This document shows, one piece after another, positions 40,999 to 61,736 of a DNA stretch of 64,000 nt (the stretch's first letter is position 1; each line of letters begins with the position of its first letter). Position numbers and translations under genes: made by a program. Where the stretch lies: NCBI RefSeq assembly GCF_009914755.1, contig NC_060940.1, one strand, 5' to 3'. The stretch comes from the human T2T-CHM13v2.0 reference genome, Homo sapiens. A model generated the notes under the pieces. That model worked only from the letters and a program-made list of their open reading frames with translations, was not told the DNA's origin and made no database searches.

Positions 40999-41696
40999 TG
41001 ACCAGGCTGGTCTCGAACTCCTGACCCTCAAGTGAGCCTCCTGCCTCGGCCTCCCAAAGCACGGAGATTACAGGTGTGAGCCACCACACCTGGCCAAATC
41101 CTTGTGCTTCGAAACCACTAGACCTGCCCACGTTGCTTAGAGCACACTGAGGTCAAAGTGAGATTTAAAGCTGCCAGAAGCTAGTTATTAGTTTGTTTCA
41201 TGGCCACAAGTAGCTATTAATATCTTACAAAAGTATCCTAAGAGCCTCAGTAGGGAAATGGTAAGCATGGGTGGCCCTGCACACATATCTCTCTGCTTGG
41301 AGAAGCAACTCAGAGAACATTCCATGCTCACGTTAATCTCATCTTCAGAGAGAACAGAGCAGATTATAAATTGTAACATCCAAAAGCCAAACTTCCAGTA
41401 TTCAGCAAAGACAGGGACCTCTAAATGGCACAGTCAACACAAAAATCCCACACTATGTGTGCCACTGCACTACACTCTATGTGACAGGAAAATAAAAGCA
41501 ACCTCAGGCCTTCAACCAGATAACGAAGCATTGAAGATGAGCTGACAGCCCAGAGGAGAGGTAGCTGATGGGAAGAGGAGAAACTGGGATGTTATCTAGA
41601 ATCCTGACACTAGGAGGTCAGTCAGGGAGGGGTAGGGAACCTGCAGGCATCTGGCATTTAGCCTCACTGTACAATCCTCATTTTATTTATTTTTGA

Positions 41697-42017
<321 letters not shown>

Positions 42018-42186
42018 TAAACTAAATCATATTTACTAAATAATAATGTATCTTAAAAGTTGGTATTTAGGGGTTTGGGTCATACAGGGGTCTCCATTTA
42101 TCGTACAATTAAGATTTGTGAATCTCATCACATGTAAGTTTTACCCCAAAAGAAGCAAAATTGTGTTTAAAAATAAACTCTAATTA

Positions 42187-42603
<417 letters not shown>

Positions 42604-42809
42604 TCATATAATACAGTGTCAATGACTGAATCCAGGTGGTGGCCTTAAAGGTGTTCACCGTACAATTCTGTCAACTTTGCTGTGTACTTGGAATTTTACA
42701 GAATGAAATCTTAGGGAAGAGTGGTATTAAAAGTATAGAAACTGAATTACTTGGAATACTACTCAATAGGTATTCAGTAAATACATTTAGTGAATAAATA
42801 AGCACCTCA

Positions 42810-43346
<537 letters not shown>

Positions 43347-43481
43347 CTACAAGGACAGCGTCCAGGGTAGGGTGAGAGGGGGACCATGAGTGGCCCCTGT
43401 CCCTGGCCCCACAGACTCTGAGAAGCGAAGACCATGTCTCCTCGTTGGAGAAACCCAATAGCAGGGGAAGCTGGGGGGTCA

Positions 43482-43929
<448 letters not shown>

Positions 43930-44071
43930 CTAAGGGTGCCAAGAGACTGGTTAGTCAAAGCCTCTAGAAGGGGATCCTCGTTGAAAGGAGCCCTTTTTAC
44001 TCAAAACACATGGGCTAGTACTTGAGGTGTTCACTGATTGAGAAAATACCCGTGAGGTATGGGACTCTGAT

Positions 44072-44104
<33 letters not shown>

Positions 44105-44107
44105 AAA
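44072..44107. repeat. Compound microsatellite A15(CA)7A7
   Basis: Read directly from the sequence. Confidence 0.9.
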
Positions 44108-44759
44108 CAGAATCTGTGGCTTGAAGGGAACTCCGTCACCTATGAGTTGGGACCCTGGCCCTAGACTCTGTGGTTCTAAGAACTTATTTGAGCCCCAATG
44201 GTATTGACTGGGACCTGATCCCACTAAATGGATCCTAGATCCCTGCCAAGGTTGGTAGAGACAAAGCAGCAGGTCTGAGAGTCCAGACGAGGTGCTCTGG
44301 CTGGTCCACTCTCTAAGGCTGGAGAAGGGAGACCAGGATGGTACTTGAACGTCCCAGGGATGCTGTCCCATCCCTTCCTTCCTCACTCCTACTCTTTGAC
44401 CCTGATGGCCAAAGCCAGAGACGCAGGCCCTAAAGGTAAAAACGTCCTCTCTGTATTCTCTGGCTTTTACTCCCTAGTGTCTCTGCATAAGTCCCTTTGA
44501 GGCTGTTAGCCTACCCCTCCATCTCTTCCATTGACAAGGAGGATATGAATGATCTTGACACTGCTTATATGAGGGCGGCAAAAGCCCTGCTCTCAACTGC
44601 ATGTGAGAAAAAAACATCTCACTTAATTCTTCCCTCGCCCCTTGGTCCCTGGCTGTGGACATGTTAAACATTTGTGAAAACTTTGGCCACGTCCCCATGA
44701 GTGGCAAGGCAGGGTAAATGGCTATGCCAAGTGAAAGAAGACCAAAGACAAAAAGACCA

Positions 44760-45290
44760 TGTCATTCAGCAGCTTAAAACCCCTCAACAGCTTCACATTG
44801 CCCAGAGTAAGGATCAACATACATGTAATAGGTTCTCAAAAGCCCTACATCATCTGGGTACAAGCTCCCCCTCCAACCCCACTCTGTACTATCTCCCCCT
44901 ACCCCCAACCCCAGCTGGGCACTCCAGCTCTACTGGCTGTATGTCTCTCTCCTAATTTTTCTACTTACCACAGGGCCTTTGCACACGCTGTTCCCTCTGC
45001 CTGGTAGACTTATCCATGCTCCTTAGGGAAGCCTTTCGTGGCTCCTCCTCCCCCAGGTTAGGCCCCCTGGTTATTTACACTTGGGCATCATGTGCCTTCC
45101 CTTTGCTGCATCATTTGACATTCATTTGTGTGATTATTCATGTCTTTCCCTTCCCTTCCCTTCCCCTTACTCGGCTGGAGTCCTACTGGGGCAGCGACAG
45201 TGTCTCTTCTTCCTTGCTGTTGGATCTCAGGATTAAGCACAGTGCCTGGCATACAGCAGGTGCTCAATAAATACTTATCAAATTGGAAAA
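44760..45290 (+). mobile_element. L2 3'-end fragment
   Basis: cagggcctttgcacacgctgttccctctgcctgg...agcacagtgcctggcatacagcaggtgctcaataaatac. Confidence 0.8.
45266..45271 (+). terminator. NDE1: Poly(A) signal AATAAA for NDE1-SSSC, inside an L2 3' end
   Basis: gtgcctggcatacagcaggtgctcAATAAAtac is an L2 terminus motif; T-rich tract follows at about 45298-45321. Confidence 0.72.
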
Positions 45291-45347
45291 GGAAGGGTTT
45301 TTTTTCTTTTTTTTTTTTTTTCCTGAGACAGAGTTTTGCCCTTTTAG

Positions 45348-45623
<276 letters not shown>

Positions 45624-45625
45624 TA

Positions 45626-46069
<444 letters not shown>

Positions 46070-46156
46070 TCAGAGAGGTCCAGGAAGGCACACAACAGGG
46101 GGCACACAATCACCAGTAAGAGATTTGGGGTTTTTTTGTTGTTATTTTTTTTTTGA

Positions 46157-46459
<303 letters not shown>

Positions 46460-46762
46460 TAAAGCTCATGGGTTGCAATCTGGAATCCCACAAGCGGTAT
46501 CCAACCTGCTGACATGTCCCCTTTGACCCTTTCACTACTTTTAAAAAAATGAGTTGCCGACATTTTAATAAATGTCACATAAAAATCTGGATTCCCAGCT
46601 TCTTTTTCAAAAAACTTTAATGTTTGAAGGCATGCCATGGCAGCTCATACTTGTCATCCCCAGCACTTTGGGAAGCAGGCAGAAGGATCGCTTAAGGCCA
46701 GGAGTACAAGACCAGCCTGGGCAATGTAGTGAGACCCCCATCTCTACTAAAATAAAACATTA

Positions 46763-47171
<409 letters not shown>

Positions 47172-47710
47172 TCAATCAATAACTAACATTCTATGTGGTG
47201 ACTGTGGTGGTGGTAGTTACACAATACACATTTGTTAAAATTAATGGAGCAGTAAAATGGATAAATTTTACTACATATGCCTCAGTAATCCTAAACTTAA
47301 AAACAAAAACAAAAAACCAACAACAACGAAAGATCTGGAAACAGAGGGTCTTGCTTTCCTTCAAGGCAACAATCTGCCACATCTAAGTAGCGGCTGGCTC
47401 TGCAGGTGGGGCAGTCACCTTTCACCGCCCCCGTCCTTCACAGGTGTCGTGTGATTGACACTGCTACTTCTGTCCTAGTTAAGGGAAACTTATTTTATGG
47501 AACCAGCTCCTGTAGGCATGTGAGTTGCCCTACAGGAAAAAAAAAGTGTGTTGGGGCCAGGCGCGGTGGCTCAGGCCTAGAATCCCAGCACTTTGGGAGG
47601 CCTATGCAGGCAGGTCACTTGAGGTCAGGAGTTTGAGACCAGCCTGGCCAACATGGTGAAACCCCGTCTCTACTAAAAATATAAAAATTAGCCGGGCATG
47701 GTGGCAGTCA

Positions 47711-47989
<279 letters not shown>

Positions 47990-48924
47990 TCAGCCCTGGA
48001 TGCCCGTCCTCCCTCCAAGACATGACTAAGAGCTGCCAGACCTCAGATGGGGACAGGGAGTCTCTTGGTGGTAACAAAGCAGTGAAGCGGGGACCCTAGG
48101 GGACATGGGCTCCCAGAAACCTTAGCCCAGCCTAAGACCCCAGAACTGGGGCCAAACCGCACGAGGGCCTGGGGAGCCCAGGTAGGAGCTGATGTTAAAC
48201 GTTTCCCCCACAAGCAGATGGAACCAGGTCTCTACATCAGAATTCAAGTTGTTAGAGGCAAAGGCCTCTGTTTCCCTGCACCTGAGATGGGCAGAGGTTT
48301 GCACCTCTACCTGCTTTGTGCGGGTCAGTAATGGACATGCCGTCTGCTGGTGGTCTTAATAACTGCGTCTTCCCAAAGAGGCCTGGCTGGGAATGGGCTT
48401 GGCTTCTAGCTCCTGTTCACGTCTAATGAACCCCAAGCATGGGGAGGGTCAGTGATTCTGTCTGGGGCCTCACTCTTCCAACCATAATTTTTTTTTTTTT
48501 TTTTTGAAACTGAGTCTCACTCTGTTGCCCAGGCTGGGGTGCAGTGGCACAATCTTGGCTCACTGCAACCTTTACCTCCTGGGTTCAAGTGATTTTCATG
48601 TCTCAGCCTCCCAAGTAGCTGGGATTACAGGCGACCGCCACCACGTCCAGCTAATTTTTGTATTTTTAGTAGAGACGGGGTTTTGCCATGTTGGCCAGAC
48701 TGGTCTCAAACTCCTGACCTCAGGTGATCTGCCTGCCTCGGGCTCCCAAAGTGCTGGGATTACAGGCGTGAGCCACTGCACCCAGCCTAATTTTATGTAT
48801 TTTTAGTAGAGATGGGGTTTCACTATGTTGGTCAGGCTAGTCTTGAACTCCTGACTTGGTGATCCGCCTATCTCAGCCTCCCAAAGTGCTGGGATTATAA
48901 GCATGAGCCACCGCGCCCGGCCTT

Positions 48925-49606
<682 letters not shown>

Positions 49607-50235
49607 CTAGCAGAACCAAAAGCTTCCACTGAAGGGGATGTGGAGGAGCTGCAACGCTGAGGGTAATGTAACTCAGGCTTTCAGGAAAACAATCTGGCCG
49701 AAGGTCGCAAGCTAAAAAACTTACCCTGGGGAATGAAGCACAGGCACTACCCCAAAGGAGAGAAGAGCACCCAAGATTCAGCATTCGGTACTGCTATTTA
49801 CCAGCTCCCACTCCCATACACCGCAAAGAGTTCCAACAACGGGAGAGTGATTTGACCTAGTCATTCTCAAATTATGCCGGAGAGAGCTGTTCTGCCATTG
49901 AAATCAAATAATGACAAGTTTCCTCCAGTCTTTTTTTTTTTTACAAAAGAAAAATCGCTATGTTGCCCAGGCGATCTGAAAGTCCTGGGCTCAAGCAATC
50001 CTCCCTCCTTGGCCTCCCAAAGTGTTAGGATTACGGGAGGCATGAGCCGCCATGCCTGGCCTTCCTCCAGTCTGCAGAGAAATTAAAGTGGATAGAATGA
50101 TCCCAGTTTTAAGTTTCATTTAAATCTCCCCGAAAGTGTTGTTACACCTTTGCTTATCCCTGAAGGGCAGTATATTGATAGGCCCCACCCATCCTATAGG
50201 CCTTCAGTCCTGTAGAGGCCAGAAAGTGGGGTCTA

Positions 50236-50420
50236 GGACCAGACTGTTTGGGTGCAAATCATGGCTCTGTCACTTACCAGCAGTGTGACCTTGGGTAAGT
50301 CTCTTCACCTCTAGGCACCTAGGACCTCAGTTTCTTTGCTTGTAAAATGAGTTTAATAGTACACGTCTCACAGGGTGGTTGTGAAGATTAATTGACATAC
50401 TGTATGAGAAGCATTTCTAT
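50236..50420 (+). mobile_element. MIR SINE
   Basis: core gtgtgaccttgggtaagtctcttcacctct...cctcagtttc..tgtaaaatg. Confidence 0.75.
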
Positions 50421-50791
50421 TCATTCTTTTTTTTTTTTCTTTTTTTGAGATGGCGGCTCACTCTGTCGCCCAGACTGGAGTGCAGTAGCACGATCTGAGC
50501 TCACTGCAACCTCTTCCTCCTGGGTCCAAGTGATTGTCCTGCCTCAGCCTCCCGAGTAGCTAAGATTACAGGCACATGCCACCACACCCAGCTAATTCTT
50601 TATATTTTTGGTAGAGATGGGGTTTCACCATGTTGGCCAGGCTGGTCTCGAACTCCTGAGCTCAAGTGATTTGCCCGCCTTGCCTCCCAAATTGCTGGGA
50701 TTACAGACATGGTGAGCCACCGTGCCCAGCCTATTTTTATTGTTTGATTAAGGTCTCACTGTGTCGTCCAGGCTAGAGTGCAGTGGCATGA

Positions 50792-51215
<424 letters not shown>

Positions 51216-51473
51216 TAGTAGAAACAAGGTCTCACTATGTTGCCCAGGCTGGTCTCCAACTCCTGAGCTCAAGCGATCCTCCCGCCTCAGCCTCCCCAAG
51301 TACTGGGATTACAGGCGTGAGCCACCTCACCCAGCCTGTATGGGAAGCATTTTGTAAATAAATATAAGCTGCTATCATCATCATTAGAATCTTATGTAAC
51401 TTGTTTTTTGTCTTTATGCAGACCCTGACCTGTAGTAATTTGAGGCTGCTGATGTCACTCTTATGTGTCATCA

Positions 51474-51692
<219 letters not shown>

Positions 51693-51934
51693 TCATCTCA
51701 GTGCCGTGCAAAAGAATGAGAGCTCTTCCAGGACCCAGAGCTGCAGTCCTCATCACCACCCCTCTCTAGCTGTGTGACCTTGGGTCATTCACCTAACATC
51801 TCTGGACCTAAAATTTCCTCAGCTGCAAAATGTGGAGCATATCACCTGCCTAGGACATCTGTAATGACTGGCAAACAAATACACAAAGTAATAGAATTGA
51901 AAGGATGTCTGTGAACTGCAAAATTTTGCTTAAA

Positions 51935-52879
<945 letters not shown>

Positions 52880-53163
52880 TAAACCCCAGGGTATATGGTG
52901 TTGGCACAGCTAGCATAGCTATATGCTATGATACATGCTATGCCAACACCACAGATTGCATCAAAATACATTTATGTGTTTACTGAATGAATCAATGACC
53001 TAGTTTCACTAGAGTCAGGATTCGTGATCTGGCAGGCAGTTTGTTATTGTTTGTTCATTTGAAGTGAATCTTCAATTGAAAACCAATCTGATCAATTTTA
53101 TTTTTAAAATTTAACACAAAAGTGATACACACACATACTTGGGAATTGGAGCTTGGGGACTGA

Positions 53164-53364
<201 letters not shown>

Positions 53365-53587
53365 TAGCTGGGATTTACAGGCATGCGCCACCACGCCCAG
53401 GTAATTTTTGGATTTATAGTAGAGACAGGGTTTCACCATGTTGGCCAGGCTGGTCTTGAACTCCTGACCTCAAGTGATCCACCTGTCTTTGGCCTCCCAA
53501 AGTGCTGAGATTATAGGCGTGAGCCCGACCCTAAAGGTGATTTTTTTTTATGTCTGCTTTTCTATAGTTTTCAAATTGTTCTCTGAG

Positions 53588-53798
53588 TATATCCAAGCTT
53601 ACCAATGAGGATGGTTTTGAATGCAGCCTGACACAGAGTCATAAACTTTCTTAAAACAGTATGAGATGTTTTTTCCAATTTGTAAAATTTTTTTAGTTGA
53701 TCAGCTATTATTAGTGTTAGTGTATCTTATGTGTGGCCCAAGACAAATCTTTTTCTTCCAATGTGGCCAAGGGAAGCCAAAAGATTGTACATCCCTGG
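53588..53798 (-). mobile_element. MER30 hAT-Charlie element
   Basis: ttagtgttagtgtat..tatgtgtggcccaagacaa..cttccaatgtggcc..gggaagccaaaagattg..catccctg. Confidence 0.75.
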
Positions 53799-54301
53799 TA
53801 TATACTACTCTTCTGATGAGAAATAAGATGATGAGGGTCGGGTGCAGTGGCTCACACATGTAATACCAGCAGTTTGGGAGGCGGAAGTGGGTGGATCACT
53901 TGAGGCCAGGAGTTCAAGTCCAGCCTGGGCAACATGGCAAAACTCCATCTCTACTAAAAACAAAAAATTAGCCGGGTGTGGTGGCACATACCTGTAATCC
54001 CAGCTACTCAGGAGGCTGAGGCATGAGAATCGCTTAAATCTCAGAGGTGGAGGTTGCAGTGAGCCAAGATGGCACAACTGCACTCCAGCCTAGGCAACAA
54101 AGCCAGACTGCCTCAAAAAAAAAAAAAAAGAAAGAAAAAAAAGAAACAGCCAACCATGCTTCTATAAGTTAAAGCAAACCGCGGCCAGGAAGGTAAATGC
54201 ACAGGGGCTGATGCACGATTTGCTTTGGGTTTGTCCCCTCTTCTGCCCCCATCCCATTGGTGCAGTGGGATAGCAGGATGGTGGGATTGATGGGCCCCTC
54301 A

Positions 54302-54568
<267 letters not shown>

Positions 54569-54723
54569 TTACAATGTGGCCAAAAACTTTTCTGGGACCA
54601 GACAGTTATGTTGCAGAGACATCAAACACCTTCTATCCATGTCCCCAGGTCTGCTTCTTGACATGCCAGACTATATGAGATTAACATAGGATGTGAGTGC
54701 CAAGGTCTGACATCAAAACAGGT

Positions 54724-54779
54724 TGTACATGTGCATGGGTGTGTGTACGTGTGTATGCACGTGTGTGCATGTGTGTGCA
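54724..54779. repeat. Imperfect (TG/CA)n alternating purine-pyrimidine tract
   Basis: tgtacatgtgcatgggtgtgtgtacgtgtgtatgcacgtgtgtgcatgtgtgtgca. Confidence 0.85.
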
Positions 54780-56384
54780 AGAATGCAAAGCATTGACCCC
54801 AGACTGGCAAGGTACCTGGTCACAGTAGGGACTGTGTAGATGCTTTCTGAATGTTGGACAGTTCTTCTTCCCTGGCAACTGTCTGTTCTTTCTGCATTTG
54901 CTCAGTGACTGAGTACCCGCCCCATGCACAGCATTTGGCCAGCCACTGCTTGCGGGGGATATTCAGACTGGGGCTCTGCATCTGGTGGAGGTGGTGACCA
55001 GAGATCAAGGTGGGCTGCAAGAAGCCCTGTTAAATGGCAGAATGCTGCAGGAGAGGCAAGCACTTTGATTTTACTGTACTTGTGAAAGGGCAGCAACAAG
55101 AGAGAAAGTGAAATAGTTGGGTTGGGGTGAGACTGCAGAGGGTGGATGGGCTCTGAGGGTGAGGCTAAGGAAACTGGATTTTCCCTAGTAAGCCAGTGAA
55201 GTTAGGTTTTTGTTTTGTTGTTATTATTGTTTTGAGACAGGGTCTTGCTCTGTTGCCCAGGCTGGAGTGCAGTGGCATGATCATAGCTCACTTTAGCCTC
55301 AACCTCCTGGGCTCAAGTGATCCTCCCATCTCAGCCTCCTGAGTAGCTGGGACTACAGGCACACACCACCATGCCTGGCTCATTTTTTAACTTTTTGTAG
55401 GGACAGGGTCTTGCTATGTTGCCCATGTTGGTCTCAAACTGCTGGCCTCAAGCAATCCCCCCACCTCGGCTTCCCAAAGTGCTGAGATTACAGGCGTGAG
55501 CCACTGCATCCAGCCAGCAAAGTTTTGTGAGCAGGTTCCTGCCCCAGAGAGATGCTTTCCCTTCATCACCGTAGCACTGTCAACATAGCACAAATTGGCC
55601 GACAAAAGAGCCAGGCCAGGGGATCAATCAGAAAGCTTTGAGGCTTAAATCCCAGCTCTGCCTCTTAGAAGCAATGACATTGCTCCTGTTGCGTTACCCC
55701 TAGGAGGCTCAGCTTCCTCCTCAAAGACACCGGCAGTACACCTGGCCAGGTGTCTGCAAAGGTATTGCTTGAAAAGAACTTAGCACCGAGTGAGCAGGTA
55801 AATAATCATTCATAGTGGCTGCTGCAGTATTAGCATTAGTGTAAATCCAGCTAAGAGCCAGGAAGAGGGAAAAACCAGAGGAAATGGGTGGGGGACATTT
55901 AGAAGGACTGGCAGAATCTGAAGGTTGCTGCTTGCTGTGGGTCGGCAGAAACAAAGGAGGAGATTGGTGTTCACAAAAAAGAGGGCCCTTAGAGGGAGGG
56001 GCTGGGGAAAGGAAGGTCATTCCCGCCTTAGACAGGGGTGTTTGAGATGACGGTGGAAATTGACTCATTGGGCAATTGGAAATTCAGAAGGGGGTCTAGA
56101 TGAGAAAAGCCTGGATGTCGAAGAGGCAGCAGCAACACCATGGGAGTAGGTGAGATCAACTGCAAAGACATGATGTGTTTGCAGGGAAGAGAAGAAAGTC
56201 GAAGGTGAGGATCTGGGGGAGTGAACAGGGTCGAGAAGGCTTGTGGGAGGCCTGGCCTGGGAAACGAAGTTCATGCCAAGGGCCTGGGGCCACCTTGACC
56301 AAGACAGCCACTGCGAATGAGCGAATGAGCAGGGGCCCAGGGGATACATGGACACACAGCAAATGCCCCTTGCCAGCCCCGCTA

Positions 56385-56675
<291 letters not shown>

Positions 56676-56710
56676 TCATAGTCACGGTCTGGACCATTAT
56701 CTCCCGATGA

Positions 56711-56951
<241 letters not shown>

Positions 56952-57451
56952 TGACCTCGTGATCCGCCCACCTCGGCCTCCCAAAGTGCTGGGATTACAG
57001 GCGAGAGCCACCGCACCCAGCCCTTTTATCATATTATTAGTGCATGTGATGACTAAGGGTGATTTCGAGAGGTGGCATAGAGTTAGTTGTCACTCATGGG
57101 ATGATCTGCCATCCTCAAATTTCCTTTCTGATTTTCCTGCTTTTAAAAATACCCATTCAAGCCCAGGAATAGTGGCTCATGCCTATAATCCCAGCACTTT
57201 GGGAGGCCAAGGTGGGAGGAGTGCTTGGGCCCAGGAGTTTGAGACTAGACTGAGCATCATAGTGAAACCCCATCTCTACAAAATAAAAAATAAAAAAAAA
57301 TTAGCTGGGTGTGGTGATGCACGCCTGTAGTCTCAGCTGCTCAGGAGGCTGAGGCAGGAGGATCACTGGAGCTTAGGAGTTTCGGGCTGCAGTGAGCCAT
57401 GATCGCACCACTGCACTGCAGCCTGGGCAACAGAGCAAGACCTCATCTCTA

Positions 57452-57685
<234 letters not shown>

Positions 57686-57926
57686 TCACTTTTAGTGATT
57701 TCCATGTAAACAGTTGAAAGAAAAACCCACATTATAACAAAATACAACTAGAGTTTTAAATGGTAAAGAGAAGTCCCATAACAATTTCCAAAAACTGGCC
57801 ATTTCTCATCTCGTGCCAGTTTGTCCCTCATATTGTATGGTCAGCTAAAGGTACCCTCCTTCCATTCCTGCCACTGGCCAGCTCTTCCCTGCCCCAGGGC
57901 CTTTGCACAGTGGGCCAACCAGCTGA

Positions 57927-58274
<348 letters not shown>

Positions 58275-58700
58275 TAATCCACTTGCCTCAGCCTCCCAAA
58301 GTGCTGGGATTGCAGGCATGAGCCACCGCACCCGGCCTGCCGCACTCTTAAAATATGGTGAACGTTTCCTTCAGAGCCCTGATCACCATGGTAAATGACG
58401 ATTATTTGCCATCTCACTACAGTATAAACCCCACAAGGGAAGGGTCCTCCTTCACCATGCATACCTGCATCTAACACAGAGCCTGGCTCACAGTAGGGGC
58501 CAAGCTGACATCCAGCTCAAAGAACTAAAAGCAGGTGGGGCTGGTTAGTGACTACTGACTACGGTGACCAGCTTGTCCTGGTTTTCTAAGGGCTTTTCTG
58601 CTTTGAGAACTGAAAGTCCCAAATCCCCAAAATCTCCCTGATCCTGGTAAGCCTGTTGTTTTTAATGCAGAAACTTGATTCCACTTTTTTTTTTTTTTGA

Positions 58701-59170
<470 letters not shown>

Positions 59171-59246
59171 TTACTCTCGTGGTGATCTGGGGACTAATGA
59201 ATACAGGGGCTAGGCCTGAAGATGCCCAGAACTCTGTAGCCTCCTA

Positions 59247-59612
<366 letters not shown>

Positions 59613-59638
59613 CTATAAAATGAGCACAGTAGGTACCA

Positions 59639-60142
59639 TGGTGGTTTTAAAATCTATCCACAAGTTCTTTGCGACTCCAAAAAGGTGGAGCCTAATTCTC
59701 CTCCCCTTGAGTGGGGGTTAGATTTGCTTCTAACAACAACAACAAAAATCAGGAAGAAGTGATGGAATGTAACTTCAGAGATTAGGCTATAAAAGGCATT
59801 GCGGCTTCCTTTCTCCTCTCTCAGATCACTCCTTCTGGGGGAACTCTGCTGCCATATTGGAAGGACACTCAAGCAGCCCTGAGGGGAGAGGCCTTCATGA
59901 TAAGGAACTGAGGCCTCCTCCAACAGCTGTGTGAATAAGCCAAGTAGAAGTGGGTCCTCCAGCCCCAGATGAGCCTTCAGATGACTGCAGCCTCAGCCAA
60001 CACCTTGACTGCAACCTCAGGCCGGACCCTCAGCCAGAACCACTCACCTAAGCCACTCTCAAATTCCTGACTATGCAATACTTTTTATTTTTAGCTGCTG
60101 AGTTTGGCATGTTTTGTTATGTAGCAATAGCTAACAAATACA
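59639..60142 (+). mobile_element. MLT1-family (ERVL-MaLR) solo LTR
   Basis: gccttcagatgactgcagcc..ccaacaccttgactgcaacctca; terminus ttgttatgtagcaatagctaacaaataca. Confidence 0.8.
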
Positions 60143-60399
60143 ATTATCCTCCATTCAGGCTTGCTGTTAGGAGAAAAGGGGTTAGCACATGCAAGGCAGG
60201 GCAATAGAACAGAGTGGGCTCACTGTGTTCCAGTCCCAATCCCAGCTGTGTGGCCTTGATCAGATGACCAACCCTCTCCAAGCCCCCGTCTCATCATCTG
60301 TCCCAGCAGGGACACATATCCCTGGATGCACCTCCACAGGCCTGTGGTGAGGGTCAAGTGATTTGCTACCCACCACGGGCTGCCCCTGTGACACCTTAC

Positions 60400-60606
60400 C
60401 AGCATCTGCTGGGCCATCTTCTTCCTTTCAGCCTGTAGCTGCTGGCCCCTGTCTTCCTCCTCCTCCAGGCGGGCCTCCATCTCATGCAGTATCTCCTCCA
60501 GCTCCTGCTTCTTGGCCGCCAGCCGCACCCGCATCTCCTCAGCCTCTGCATACAGCTCTGTCTCTGCCTGCAGCTGTTCCTGTAGCAGGTTCTTCTCCTC
60601 GGTCAG
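60400..60606 (-). CDS. MYH11: MYH11 exon 22 (207 nt), [17 protein letters not shown]...AQQML
   Basis: cgtgcag|CTG; CTG|gtaagg. Confidence 0.96.
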
Positions 60607-60696
60607 CTGCACGCAGGTGGTGGGGAGGAGGCGGGTGAGCCCCACGGGGCCAAGTCCTGTTCCCCAGCAACCCCAGCCATGCATCCATACAGGTAC

Positions 60697-60828
60697 CTGC
60701 GAGTGCTTCTGTTCCAGCTCCTTAAGCTCATTCTCTGCCTTCTGCTGCCGCTCCTTGGTCTTCTGCAGTTCATCCTCCTTGGCCTGCATCTCCTCCTCCT
60801 GCCGTGTCACCTGCAGCAGTGGCTTCAC
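60697..60828 (-). CDS. MYH11: MYH11 exon 21 (132 nt), [13 protein letters not shown]...QKHSQ; head-rod junction proline
   Basis: gtgtgtgcag|GTG; CAG|gtacct. Confidence 0.96.
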
Positions 60829-60897
60829 CTGCACACACACGGTTAGCCCATCATTTGTTTTTGTGGCAAAGGGATATGTTGTCATAATAAATTCGAT

Positions 60898-61115
60898 CAG
60901 TGGTTCCGAGCCAGGGACAATGTTGCCCCCACCGATCCCCACTAGGGGATATTGTCTGGAGACACTGCTGATTGTCACAGCTGGGGTGGGGGGTGCCTCT
61001 GGCATCCAGTGGGTAGAGGCCAGGGATACTGCTAAACACCCTACAGTGCACAGGACAGCCCCCACAACAGAATTAGTCACCCCAAAATATCAACAGTGGC
61101 AAGACTGAGGAGCTC
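60898..61115 (+). mobile_element. MER20 DNA transposon
   Basis: ggcatccagtgggtagaggccagggatactgctaaacaccctacagtgcacaggacagcccccacaac. Confidence 0.85.
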
Positions 61116-61378
61116 TAAATCAGAGCACCAGAAAAGGTACAAAGTGAAAGGAAAAAGTCTCATCTTCCCCACTTTAGAACCATCCCAACAGAGAACTACT
61201 GCTGAAAAGTGATATTTCCTTCCAAGGACAAAAGGGAGAAAAAAAATCTTTCATATCCCACCCACCTCCCTATCAAAGTCATTATTAACATTGTTTACAT
61301 TTCCTTCCTGGCTCTTTTTCTATGTTTAAAAAATAGACTTAAGACCATGCTGCCTAGTTGTAGAGGCTGCTTTTATTA

Positions 61379-61736
<358 letters not shown>

